Source: Trichinella spiralis (taxonomy: Eukaryota). Taken from it: 64,000 nucleotides of DNA. Numbering within the stretch: the first letter of the stretch is position 1; each line of letters begins with the position of its first letter. Made by a program: the position numbers and the translations under genes. Under the pieces are notes generated by a model. The model searched no databases. It saw only the letters and a list, made by a program, of their open reading frames with translations, and had not been told where the DNA came from. This document shows, piece by piece, positions 35,911 to 47,946 of the stretch. The stretch lies in the NCBI RefSeq assembly GCF_000181795.1, contig NW_003526946.1:69677-133676 (forward strand). The letters run 5' to 3'.

Positions 35911-38900
35911 TTATAAATCATTGGACAGTTTATTGCCTCCGTATGCTGGATTTTTGAATGTTGTCGTTGCTGGGTGGAATATCGGATTTTCTCCCTAATG
36001 GTGAAATTAAAAGAAAAATTCATCAAAACAACAATAAAAAACCAAATTATTACCGTATCCCATTTGGCCATTAAACGTTCTTTTTCAAATTTGGCATATT
36101 CACGTCGATCGTGAATAATTGTCAACAATTTCCAAATTAACAACAAAATAAGACCAATTAAAACAATACCAGCAATGACACCAAGCACAATTGCCAAAAC
36201 AGGCACAGGAGGTGGGCAGTCTGAAACACCAGGATATAAAATTTGAAAAATATCTATCTATATATACATATATAATGTGTGCGAACCTTTTTCTTTTCTG
36301 ACCCAAACGGTCACGTTGTTTGTGTCCTCATCCAATTCATACATGAAATAAAATGTACAATCGTCTGCTTGATCAACAAACTGACATTTCACGCCAGTAT
36401 TGTTGCTTTCTGTGCAATGAAAAGCATATTCATATTCATATTTATATATTCACAAGAATTACATTTACCAGGCAATTCATCAACTGGAATTACAGTAAAT
36501 GGACATTGGGCGCACATCGATTCATTGTAAGGGCCCGTTTTGAATTGCTGACACATCACGCAAGGCTTGTATTCAATACATTTCGTCGGGCAAGTCTTAA
36601 CAGGAAGAATATAAACAAACAAACAATATAATATGATAAATTTCATACCGGACAAATTTCACAAGTAGGACCGCTGTAGCGAATACCTTCAGGATCGGTG
36701 AAACACTTGCAAACGCCGCATTCGCAAACGCCACGACCGTTGCAAATTTTTCCATTGCTAGCAATGCAACTGTCCTGACTGATTGGACATTCACAGGCAC
36801 GCCCCACCCAACCAGGATCACATTTACACTGCTGGCAAACACATTCGCCATGGCCTGAATAAAAAAATGAATATGCCAATTGACTGAATTAAAATTTCAT
36901 TTTTTTCACTAAAAATCTTTAAATTAATGAAATAGGAGAGAGACATGCATTGCCTACCTGCGCAAAGTTTCTTCTTATGTCTTGGGCAGTTGAAGTTGTC
37001 GCATTCGCAAAACTGACCCGAATAAACTTCATTAATATTCTATATGAATAGAAGAAAGAAATTCAAATTCTTCCAAATTTTATATTATCTTATAGATATA
37101 TATATATATACCTCACGCTTATAGCAAACACATCTGCCACAATCACAATCGCCCCTTCCTTCGCAAATCGGTGCACGGGTGTCGTTGTTTCTACAGTTTA
37201 ATAAATAAATAAATAAATATGAATAACAAAAAAACAAAGTAATAAAATTCCCACTTTCTGCACATCATGTCCAATGCGGCAGTTGACATGCCAGGAGCTT
37301 CACATTCGCACCGGCGACCAACGCGATTGTGATGACACTGACAAACACCGCAAACCAAATCACCATTGTAATTACAGTACTCAGCTGCACGTGACAACGA
37401 CTTAAATGAATTATAATATTTAAATAATTCAAAAATTAACAACAATATTTTTTGATTCGTTACATCTAACTGCTTTGAAGAGCAGTCGCAATCGCAGAGC
37501 ACGTTCAATCGAATCAGCAAAACTTCAGACAAGCCTGATGGACCAATTTTGATCAAAAATTCCCTCTGATCTGTACACTGGGTCACTTCAAGAGTCAAAT
37601 TGAACGTTATCGTATCGCCGACTTTGATTCCATCGCAAACGTTCGTTCGATTCATCACTTTCCTATATAGAATATTCATTTTTTTGTTTTTCTTTTTTAA
37701 TAACTATATTTTCAACGTTTTACACCTAACCTACCCTTTGCATGCTGTAGCGTAGGAAATTTGAATACCCTGCGAAGAGTTGACGTTGTCGACCATGACA
37801 ATTTTTTGTGAAATTTTCTACAACACATCACAGAACGATGATGATGATTTCTTGGTTGAAAATTATTATTTATGATATTCATTTTTTTGCATACATCATA
37901 TTGCTCTTGGACAAGTTCGACAACGTTCGACGAGTCGTTTGCCAATTTGCCAACCGAAGCGCTGATTTCGGGTAAAGCGCCACGCAAGCGTTGATAAAGC
38001 GGCACTTGTTCTTCGGTGACGGCAAAAATCATATTCGCCTGCGTTTCACGAATTTTCTGATACACTTGACTTATGCTGGGATAATCGAATTCTGTGGACA
38101 CTGAATAATAGCCGTCGTTGTCCAAGTGACAATTGCCATCATTGGGCACGACCAGACCACCGAGCTGAGAATAATTAAAATTAAAAAATTCGTTTCTATA
38201 TTTATTTCTTCTTCCCCTCACCCGTCCATCTCCAGCATAGTGAAAACCTGCATCCGTGGAAAATACGATCATTTTCCGGGATTTTTCACGCCAACCAATT
38301 TTATCCTGAAAAATGGAATTGGAAAAATTCACAACTGTTCATTTGCTCTCTCTCCCCCTCCAATCAATCCCACAACATACGGTACAAGTCAAAGCTTGCA
38401 TTATGGCGTCGAATCCTCCTTCCGGGGCGTCCAAATTGCCAGACACAGCAGATTCATTCACTTCTTTCTAAATATGAGAAGTGAAAAAAAAACAGCTCCC
38501 TACAATGAGAAGAAATATTGGATAATTTCAAAAATTGTACCGCAAAACGACGAGTATCTTTCGTCAAAGTCATGTGATTTTTGAAACCATACGGATCGAC
38601 ACACGTTTCACACGGTTTGCTAGCTCTGAAAAAGCAAAACAAACAAACAAACTAACTAACGCTTATTTAAATTAAAAAAAAATATGAGACCACCTTTCCG
38701 GTCTGGCATCGACAAATGGCATCACTTTCTTGTCGACATAAGAGCCGAAACCGAGACGAAAATTTTTCGTTATTTTCCTCATCCTTTCGGCTGTAGTGAT
38801 GGAAAATTAAAAAAAATATATTAAAAAAACAATATCGAACAATTCCAAAAAATTTTATCAGCTTACACAACAGATCGCCCAGTTCGGTTAACTTTTGCTT

Positions 38901-39767
38901 GTCATCCGCCATTGAAAATGACAAATCCATCAAATAGTACAAATCGACTGGATAGTCAAGTGCTTGACGAAACGTGACATCAAACGATACAACATCTTCT
39001 GAAAATGATAACTTTGTGCTGTTGCTGTTGTTGTTTTTTTCACATCGGATAAATAAATATATAAAATGTGGCATTTGCGTCGAGGAACAATATAAAATTA
39101 TTGTACCTAACGTTTAAATGCGTCTATATGGCACTTTTGGCGAACAATCACAACAGCAAATGTGATGGTAGATAAAAGTGCAAAAAGCAAAACCGAAAAA
39201 TAAATTACAAATTTTTTACTTGGTCTCATGCTGATTAAAATTTCCTGAGGCTTCAACTGAATTGCTTCACTTTCTTCTTCAGTTTCGCCAGCATTGCTCA
39301 ACGGTTCATCCTATTGTAAAACAGCAATTATAAGAATAATAATAAACAAAGCAATAAAATACATACCCTCGCAATATAATATTCTGTTTTAGGATTTTCT
39401 ATAAATTCATCATGGCAGCCATTGTACAACAATCTTTCCGATGTATCGCATCTTGAATGGCGATTATTTTCATCAAAGCCCTTAAAATAAATGAAATACG
39501 CTTCCAATGCTTTTAAGCAATAAAAAACAGATACAATTCCAACAATACCGGCATTGTGCACCATGTACAAGATGGATGCTGGGAAATGCAGTGTTCACAA
39601 GTGTAATTTTCGCCGCTAAGTGCATGGCATGGAAAACTGGATGAGGAAGAACTGCCTGAAAATTATTGTACATAGATGTAAAACAGTTTCACAAGCATAT
39701 GATCAATCATACTTTGAGCAAAAACTTGCCTGACCGTAAACAAAACAAATGCTAACCAAAGTGCCAT
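35911..39767 (-). CDS. pat-3: Integrin beta subunit; multi-exon
   Basis: Signal peptide [21 protein letters not shown] domain [69 protein letters not shown]...[18 protein letters not shown] repeats; TM; tail [47 protein letters not shown]. Confidence 0.97.
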
Positions 39768-40836
39768 TTTTCTAAAAATCACACATTTTCATTTTACATC
39801 ATAATCCACACAAGTTTCAGTTCAAAAGCTAATGTGAATTTTAAAAACATTTTTTTAAAATAAATATTGATATTATTATTTGCAAAAAAATACTAAGTTG
39901 ATATAATAACAGATGCATTCTTCTGAATGTAGTTCAAGGATTATTTCAGTGGAACAGCAGCTAATCAAAGCCAGCAGCGACTAATGAAAATAAATAAAAC
40001 GCCATTGGTCGTTCTTGGACTAGCTAATTGATAACGGCGGAAACAGCTGCCCAATTTTCATCAAACTCAGCTATAGTAGCAGCAATAGCAACTATATAGC
40101 AGCAGCAGCAGCGTTTCGTAAAAGCTATTCACGTCGGCTGCGCGCACTTTGCATCAATTGTTAGCAGCATATGCAAGCAGCAATCACAGAAAGCATTCTA
40201 ATAAAGGTAAAGAAATCGTCTTCTTCCTGTTTCTTCAATTTGCATTCTTTGCAATCGCTAGTTCAGTTCAAAGATAAATCAAATATGTAAAATATTGTTC
40301 AACAATTATATGAAAAGAAATACTGAAAAAAGCAATTTTGATGCTAGACAATTAGAATGATACATGGTAAGAAAAGAAAACATAAAAACATACACTTCCT
40401 TAAATTTGTAATTTATAGACAATATTCTTTCCAGAAATTACAAAAAGAAAACTTTAAAAAATGAAAGAAACATTATAATTAAATCTTTTTCTCTGACTTA
40501 AAATATTTTGCTTTCCGTTGGCAAATTATTCACTTACGCCGCTGAAGGCAAACATCCAATAATTCAATCTTATTCTACTGGAAGCTAATTTTATAAACTA
40601 CACTAGACCATTGGTATAATATTAAAATTATTTTTCAAATCTTAAATAAACAGAAACTATTTTTGCAGTACTGAATTACAATAAGAAACGGAAAAACTAA
40701 AAATAATTATTTTTGAATATGATTTATATCAAACATTTCAATTCAATAAATATTATTTTATGCTGAAACTTACAAGCCGTCCGAGGCGTCAGGCACTCAA
40801 CAGCCAAGCGTTGGCTACACTGCTGAACAACCTGGG

Positions 40837-40860
40837 TGAGTCACAATTGGGCTATAAATA
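40837..40860 (+). promoter_or_regulatory. AP-1 site, CCAAT box and TATA box cluster in the divergent integrin/PTTG1IP spacer
   Basis: TGAGTCA at 40837-40843, ATTGG at 40846-40850 and TATAAATA at 40853-40860, at the edge of a GC-rich patch (40775-40850). Confidence 0.35.
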
Positions 40861-42050
40861 AGTTATGCATTTCTTACAGTATAATACAGTAAAAAATCAA
40901 TTAAGATTTAAATAATTTGTAACAAATAAGTGAAATTATTTTTATAATTTAATCAATTTGGTATTTTTGTTTAGAATTAAAATTTAAATTATGAAACTTT
41001 TATTATTAATTTCTTCAGTTTTAAATGAAACATAAGTCAATGCTTGCATGTTTGGAAAAATTGCAGTAAAAAAGGCCAAATAAAATTGGATAGTACTATG
41101 AATTTTTAAATTATAATAAATGTGACAAATAATTGTTTTCTTTTGTATTTTTATACACTCAAACTATCAATACTGTCAAGTAATTTCTGTTTTTCAGTGA
41201 GCATTTTGAAAGTTCACCACTTGGATGATAATTGTCTGAAGAATGTCTGTCAGCAGGAACAATGAATAAGTTGACAAAGCAATTTTCTATTAATGAATTG
41301 TATGTCACTGGTTGACCTGAATGGCAAAAATTGTACGAAATCTGAATTTTGTACAAGCCTGATTTTTCATCAGCATCATCAACGGTGGAAACGTGAAAAT
41401 ATTTAAATTAGTACACTGCTTTGGAAGAACAAAATGACAAAAATCTTTTCTGTAAGATGGAAATATTTGAAATGTCTAAAAGAACAAATTATCCAATAAT
41501 TTTCAGTGAAATATGAATTGATGTTTTGTTATTTCAAGCTGAAATTAAATAAAATTTAAAAAGTTGTTGATTATTATGTTCATAAATTGAGTGTGATTTA
41601 ATATCGCCGACGAACATTCGCGATCGATTTTAGATCAGCAGTGCGCTTTGATTTTTTTCACTAAGAACAAGCACAACGCTTTGCTTTGATTAAGCAATTC
41701 ATTCCGTCGAATATGTCAATGACAGCATCACTTCAGCAGTTTGCTCTTCTTCATCTGTGGTAATATGTATATATATAAATATATAATATAATTTCAAAAA
41801 ACATATATACATTTTTTCGAAATTTTTAATTCTCTGCATGCAAATCTTAAAGTTTAAAAATTAAAGCTAAATATTATAATTTTATTTTGTTTGTAGAAAA
41901 GAAACACACACACACACACACACGATACCGTCGGAATAAGAAATTCAAAGGAAATTATTAAAATATTAAGATTTCCATCTTTGAATTTCAGCTAGTGATA
42001 ATATTCCAGTTGCTTCAAAATATTGTCAAATAATTGAAAATTTCAGCAGC

Positions 42051-43702
42051 ATGGTAAGATGATTTTATTTTTGGATTTGGAATTCATTTTCATATAATGA
42101 AAATATTTATGAAAACCTCTTTCATGTGCAATTTTGATTAACTGTTTGTTTTTCAATGTTTAAGTTAAAATTTGAAGCAGTCATCGAAATAATACTTCAT
42201 CAAAATTATTCAAAGTCATTCTCTTCATCAAGAATGATAAATAAATAAATAAACAGTTTAAATTTAACTGTGAATTTTTTTACCTTTTTTTTAAAGTAAT
42301 ATTTGAAAAGTTGAAATTGCTTGAAAACATACTCCTTTAGCAAATCAATATGATATTTTTATTTTTAGTCCAAGCACTGCAAATGATAACTCTTAAAATG
42401 GAAAATAAATCGATGAATTTTCTTTTTTTTAAATAATAAATTATGAAAATTTCTTAATTAATGGAAACTTTGCTGATATCCGAGCAAGCTGTTATTAGAA
42501 AATACCAAAATTGCATTTTTTTTCTTGTCAGAAGTCAATTAATTTAAAAATTAAAAATTGACCAGCTATGGAACATGTGCTATTATAATAATTATTGTCA
42601 TTTAAACATTAAAAAAGGCAAAGTATTTTTTTTAATAAAAACATTTTATTTTCTAACATGTATATGGTAAATTGAATCAAACGATTGCCTTTATATGTTT
42701 ACAATTCAAAAATATTTGAAATGTTGAAGCAACTCAGTTTGAGGAAAGTTAGAAGACAAAAATCAACTTAATTAAAATTTTAATTAATTGTACAAAATTA
42801 TTGCAGTTCTCAAAATTTTCAGGATAAAGCAATTGTGTTTGGAATAATTGTAGCATTAGTTGACGCAAATAGCACAGATATGTCGTCATGTGAAAATTCA
42901 ATCACTTGCGAAACATGCTCCTTACATTCATCTGTAAGTTATAAAAATAAATTGAATAAATTTTAATACTAATTTCATCTTTTTTCAGTGCTATTGGTGC
43001 ACTAGTTCGCATTCATGCCATTCTTACTCATTGAACAATTTCGATACTTATTTCCAGTACTGCGATTGGGCTGATGCAAGATGGATGCAATGTTTTAGTA
43101 TTTACCATTGTTTTATTCATTTCCAATTTGTATTATTTTATGAATAATAGAATTTGAAATTTTTCAGTGAATGTGAAAGGATTAATAATTATAACTACAG
43201 TATTTGTGGCCTTGTTGTTGATGGCAGTAATTTCATTTTTCTTATGGTATAAAATTCGTCGCCAGCGTGTGAAAAAAGAAGCGTGAGTCATATATATAAT
43301 ATTTTCAAAAGATTGCATTCCAAAAGAAATTATAATAATGTTGCATTTTATTTGGCTAAGAATTATTTTTAAAATGCAAAATTTTTTCTTATAAAAAATA
43401 ATAATTTATATGCATCTGGTTATTTTAGGATGAAAAAAAGAATGGCAGAAGAGGAAGAGCGCAACATAATTCGTCAACATGAATTAGACGTGAAGTAAGA
43501 TTTTCTTTGTCAAAAAAATGTTTTGAAAATTTCATGTAATTCAATCAGCAATTCAAGCAGCTTTTAGAAGCGGTCAAAAAAAGTTTTTTACATGTTGTAT
43601 GTAATTATTTATGCTGGGATAAATTATAAAATAGTAATTTTTGAAATGCATATTAAATTCAATATTTTAAATTATATGATTACTTCCAGAGAGATTCAAT
43701 AA
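42051..43702 (+). CDS. PTTG1IP: PTTG1-interacting protein (PBF)-like small PSI-domain type I membrane protein
   Basis: Exons 42051-42053 (ATG only), 42823-42933, 42989-43097, 43168-43282, 43429-43494 and tentative 43690-43702 are all phase-compatible. Protein: MDKAIVFGIIVALVDANSTDMSSCENSITCETCSLHSSCYWCTSSHSCHSY...CDWADARWMQCFMNVKGLIIITTVFVALLLMAVISFFLWYKIRRQRVKKEAMKKRMAEEEERNIIRQHELDVK. ARWxxCxxN..LII is the PTTG1IP signature. The last exon is uncertain. Confidence 0.8.
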
Positions 43703-44086
43703 TGAAACTGTGCCAAAGAACAAGTTATATATACATTTCATTTTTTCAACTAGCTTTACTTTAATTTTGGAAAGAGAACAATCTTAAATAGGAGAATAAA
43801 AAATTCAAAATTGATCAACATAAATAGTATGGTCCGCAATGTAAAAAATAATTTTATCTATTGATGATATCTATATTTAGTGTGTAACGAAGCATTTTGA
43901 AAATCAATACCGCTAAGTGCTCCATTGATTTAATGAGGAAAGCAAAACAATAAGGTAATATAACATTAAATTAGATTTATAAAAACAAAAAATTCGTAAG
44001 TTAATAGTTAGTTAGGCAGTTAGTTATAGAATATCAAGGAGTTACAAAAATATTGAATGGTTATAAAAAATAATTCACATTCATTA

Positions 44087-45184
44087 CTAAAAATCCCTTC
44101 CTTTACATATAGCTTCAACCTTTTTTTTTATTGTTGAAAACGCTGGACGATTATCTGGAGACAACTCCCAGCACTGCATCATCAACTGCACTAATGATGC
44201 AGGCATATCCGCTGGGGGAGTGAGGCGCTTTCCTAAAATTAAAGCTCCATATTAACAGTCAGAATATCAGCGGCTAGTAGTGGGAAATTTGAGCAGACTA
44301 CCATCTAGTAAAAATTTGATCAATTTTATGACAAAACTGTCGCCCATCAACTCTTCCTCTTCACTGTACGGAGATTTGCCCTCGGTGAAAATTTCCCACA
44401 TCAAAATCCCATACGACCAGACGTCACTTTTTTCAGTATATATTCCTGAAATTTTGATTTCACGTTTATTAATTTTTTGTATACTTGCATATAAAAACAA
44501 TATTTGTAACATTTTAATATACTTGTTCTGATCGAATCCGGTGGAGTCCACTTGATTGGAACTGGCTTGGCTGCGTTGTGAATCTTGTATATTCCACCTT
44601 CTCGTGCCATTCCAAAATCGGAAATTTTCAAAAGTCCTTTCTTGAGTAGACAGTTTCGTGCTGCCAAATCTCTTAAAACAGCCACAAGAGACTTTCATTT
44701 AACCTAAAAACTATTGCATAAAAATATTCCACTTTACCGATGAACAATGCCCTCTGCAGCGATATATTCCATCCCACAGGATGCATAGAAGCAGAAAACT
44801 CCTTTGCTCTTCCAAGTGAACTTGCCTCGGTTCTTTTTCAGATGGTTGATCAGAGTCGCTGTTTGAAAAGAAATAGAATAAATTGAAATTAGCTTCAGAA
44901 ATATCCCAAGAAAAAAGAGCATTTTTTTTACTGTCGCAATATTCCATGATCAATTTCACTTGTTTGGTGTCTACAGAGACGCCAAAGAAGCGAACCAAAT
45001 TTCTGTGTTTCAAATTTCGAAAACGTCGACATTCGGAAAAGAACTGCTTTCTTTCATCCAGTGGAATATCTTTCCCTTTCAAAAATTTCACTGCAACATC
45101 AGTCACTTCACCGTTTCCAGTGTGCATTATAGCGTGTTGTACAATACCGAAGTGCCCCTAATGGTGCAAGAGAAAAAAGCATTA

Positions 45185-45222
<38 letters not shown>

Positions 45223-45816
45223 ACAGTTTGCTTTCAACTTACTTCTCCAAGTGTTTCTTTAAATTCTAACTGCATTTCGTTTATAATCCATTCTGGTCGA
45301 ATCACTGGATTTTTCAATATGAAAACACCTTTATGAGTGCTGATCGCTTGTTTCGCAATTGCATCGTCCATTAAATCACTCACCGACTTGTAATGATGGT
45401 CTCCAGCAAAATATCCTTTCTTAAAAGCAGAACAGATCTCTCATAATTTTCAAATAATAGCAAATAATAATAATAATAATATATCACATTATTCAACTGA
45501 ATGGCAAGATGGTAAATTGTGTTCGAACTAATGCCGGATATGCAATAACCGCTGGAATGTTCTTTGCCATGCTCCGTTTTTCTCACTAGAAAATCTCCAT
45601 TTTTTTCCAACAAAGTTTCTACATCATCTCTCGGAAGAAATCCAAAAAAATATGGTCTCATTTGTATAGTTTCATCCCGGCTCTAAATTTTATTTTCACT
45701 AAATAAAAAGCAAACAAACAAACAAACAAAGAAATACAACAACGTACCTTTTCCGAGGAAGTGTCTTTTAGCGATGAACTCCCTTTGTCCAACTTTCTTC
45801 TACTTCTTGAGAACAT
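44087..45816 (-). CDS. Fer/Fps-family non-receptor tyrosine kinase, SH2 plus kinase only (spe-8-like); multi-exon
   Basis: ATG at 45816; SH2 [28 protein letters not shown]; linker [88 protein letters not shown]; stop at 44087. Confidence 0.93.
45187..45220. repeat. (AT)n microsatellite in a kinase intron
   Basis: About 16 perfect AT units. Confidence 0.9.
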
Positions 45817-47946
45817 TTTTCTCCAAAACTTTCAAAACTTAGGAAATTAAAATTAATTCTAAATTAGCCAACAAAAAAATTAGCATTTAAATGCTCCTTC
45901 CAGTAAGGATTTTTCTTTATTAAAGAACAAAACAAACAAAAGAATCATACATACTTGATGGGTGCAAAACGTAATTGATAAATTTTAGTGCAAGAAATCG
46001 CAGACTACCAGCCAACCGACGACTTGCTCAAAAGATAACAGAATGACAATGTAAAAGTTAAAATCTTAGATAATACTAACTGCTTTAAACTACTTTAAAG
46101 CAATATGAAACTTTAAAATTACACAGCATGTAATTTAAACAATATATTCTAAAATGGTTTTCATTAACAATAGGGCAGAAGATAAATAAAGAAATAAAAT
46201 AAAATAAATATATTTGGTAAAAAATTAAAAAAAATACAGTACAAAAACAGCTAAAAATAATTATCTTTATTTTTTGATAACCAGTTTTGTTGTTATTTTA
46301 CTTTTAATATTTTTGTGTTTTGGGTTTGATTTACGGCTGCGATATAAAATTATTTTCGTTCATTTTATTCAAAAGCAAATGTAATATTTTTTATGAATTA
46401 AACATTGATAAAATGAGAAAGTCAGTGCGATAATATTTAGGCACGAAGAGCGAAAAAAACTAACTGACGAAATTCGAAACAGATATGGTTTGTATTAATG
46501 GCTTTTGACTACTCAAATTTGAATTAATTGAAATTTCAGGAATAGCAGAATGAATACTTTCAAGAAGACTGATCTTATGCAATGTGAATTTTGAAAAAAA
46601 GAAACGACTTTTTTTCACTACTATATATTATGCATTGTTCGCAGATTAGCATTAGAAAAGCTATTCTTAAAACTAGAAAGATATTCAAATGATAAAATTG
46701 AGATAAATGTTTATATCCCAAAAAGTAAGCTCACGATAAAAATTCTAAACTACTATATGAAGAAACTTATTAAACTTATGAAAGTAATAATAACATCGGT
46801 TATACAAATTACATAAAAAGAAAAATGCATTATTTGTATTTTTGACGCGAAACAGTTTTTCCAATTGCACACCTTACTATTAAAACTAATATATAATTAA
46901 TGCACATAATTTAAGCTGAAATTTAGCAATAAACCAATGTATTGCAGTATGCGACAGAAAAGTGTTCCAAATGTAAAACAACTCAATCAAAGAATAAGAA
47001 GATATTCAAAATAAAGTACTACTTGTTTTATTTTTTTGTGCGTCATGTCACTTTTCAATGTTTTTCTTTTCTTCTGCAACTCCTCGATTCAATCGCATCT
47101 GTACTTTGATCTAGGTTTAATCATGTATGATAATCATGTGGATTGTTCACAAAGGTCTGAGCATAGGTTAATCGTAAACAATGAAAATCTTCCCAAATTA
47201 AAAAAATAATACTTGGAAAAATAATTTGTAAAATAATACATTTGATCTTCTTTTTATTGTTAATTTTTAAGATATTCAAATATTAATTGGGTAATTAAAA
47301 AATTTAATTGTAACAGTAAAGAGTAAAAGAAAATAAATGATCAAAAAGCATCATGATTTCTTCACAAGCTTTTAAAAATTTATTAACTTTATGTTAAGCA
47401 CAGTTTTAAGCGCTTATACTTTTAAAAACCTTCCAAATTCAAGCAATCAATGAAATAGGTCATTTAAAATATTTTGATGATTTATTTGGTAAAATCAGTA
47501 TACACTACCAGCATATGAAATATTATATAAGTTAAAAAGTACATTTAGTTAAATGTGAATAAATTATGGGATAACGAAGTAAACAATAAAAAATTTTCAA
47601 AGTTCATTCAAAATATTTAAACAAAAGTTTTAAATAATTATAATAAAAATATCCGTAATTATTTATTTGATTTCGAAACGTAATAAAATAAATTACAGCT
47701 TTTGGCTCTTATATTAACTGCGTTCGTATACTGAAATATTCATATTTTTAAAACGTTGTAGGTCATTACTTGTACCTGCCATTCTTTAACAGTATACCAA
47801 CAATTTCCATTTTGCGCGGATTTTCTTTTTAAATTGTGAAAAGTTAAACGATTTATATAATTGATAAATTTTTGATAAAAAAATTATGTCACACATGTTG
47901 CATGTAAATTATATTATTGAAATGTAATATCATTTCATTGTAGACA

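Noticed and set aside
45411..45420. ATATCCTTT resembling a U12-type intron 5' splice site
   Set aside because: It lies on the non-coding strand of a kinase exon. Every intron I reconstructed was GT-AG; I saw no minor-class intron.
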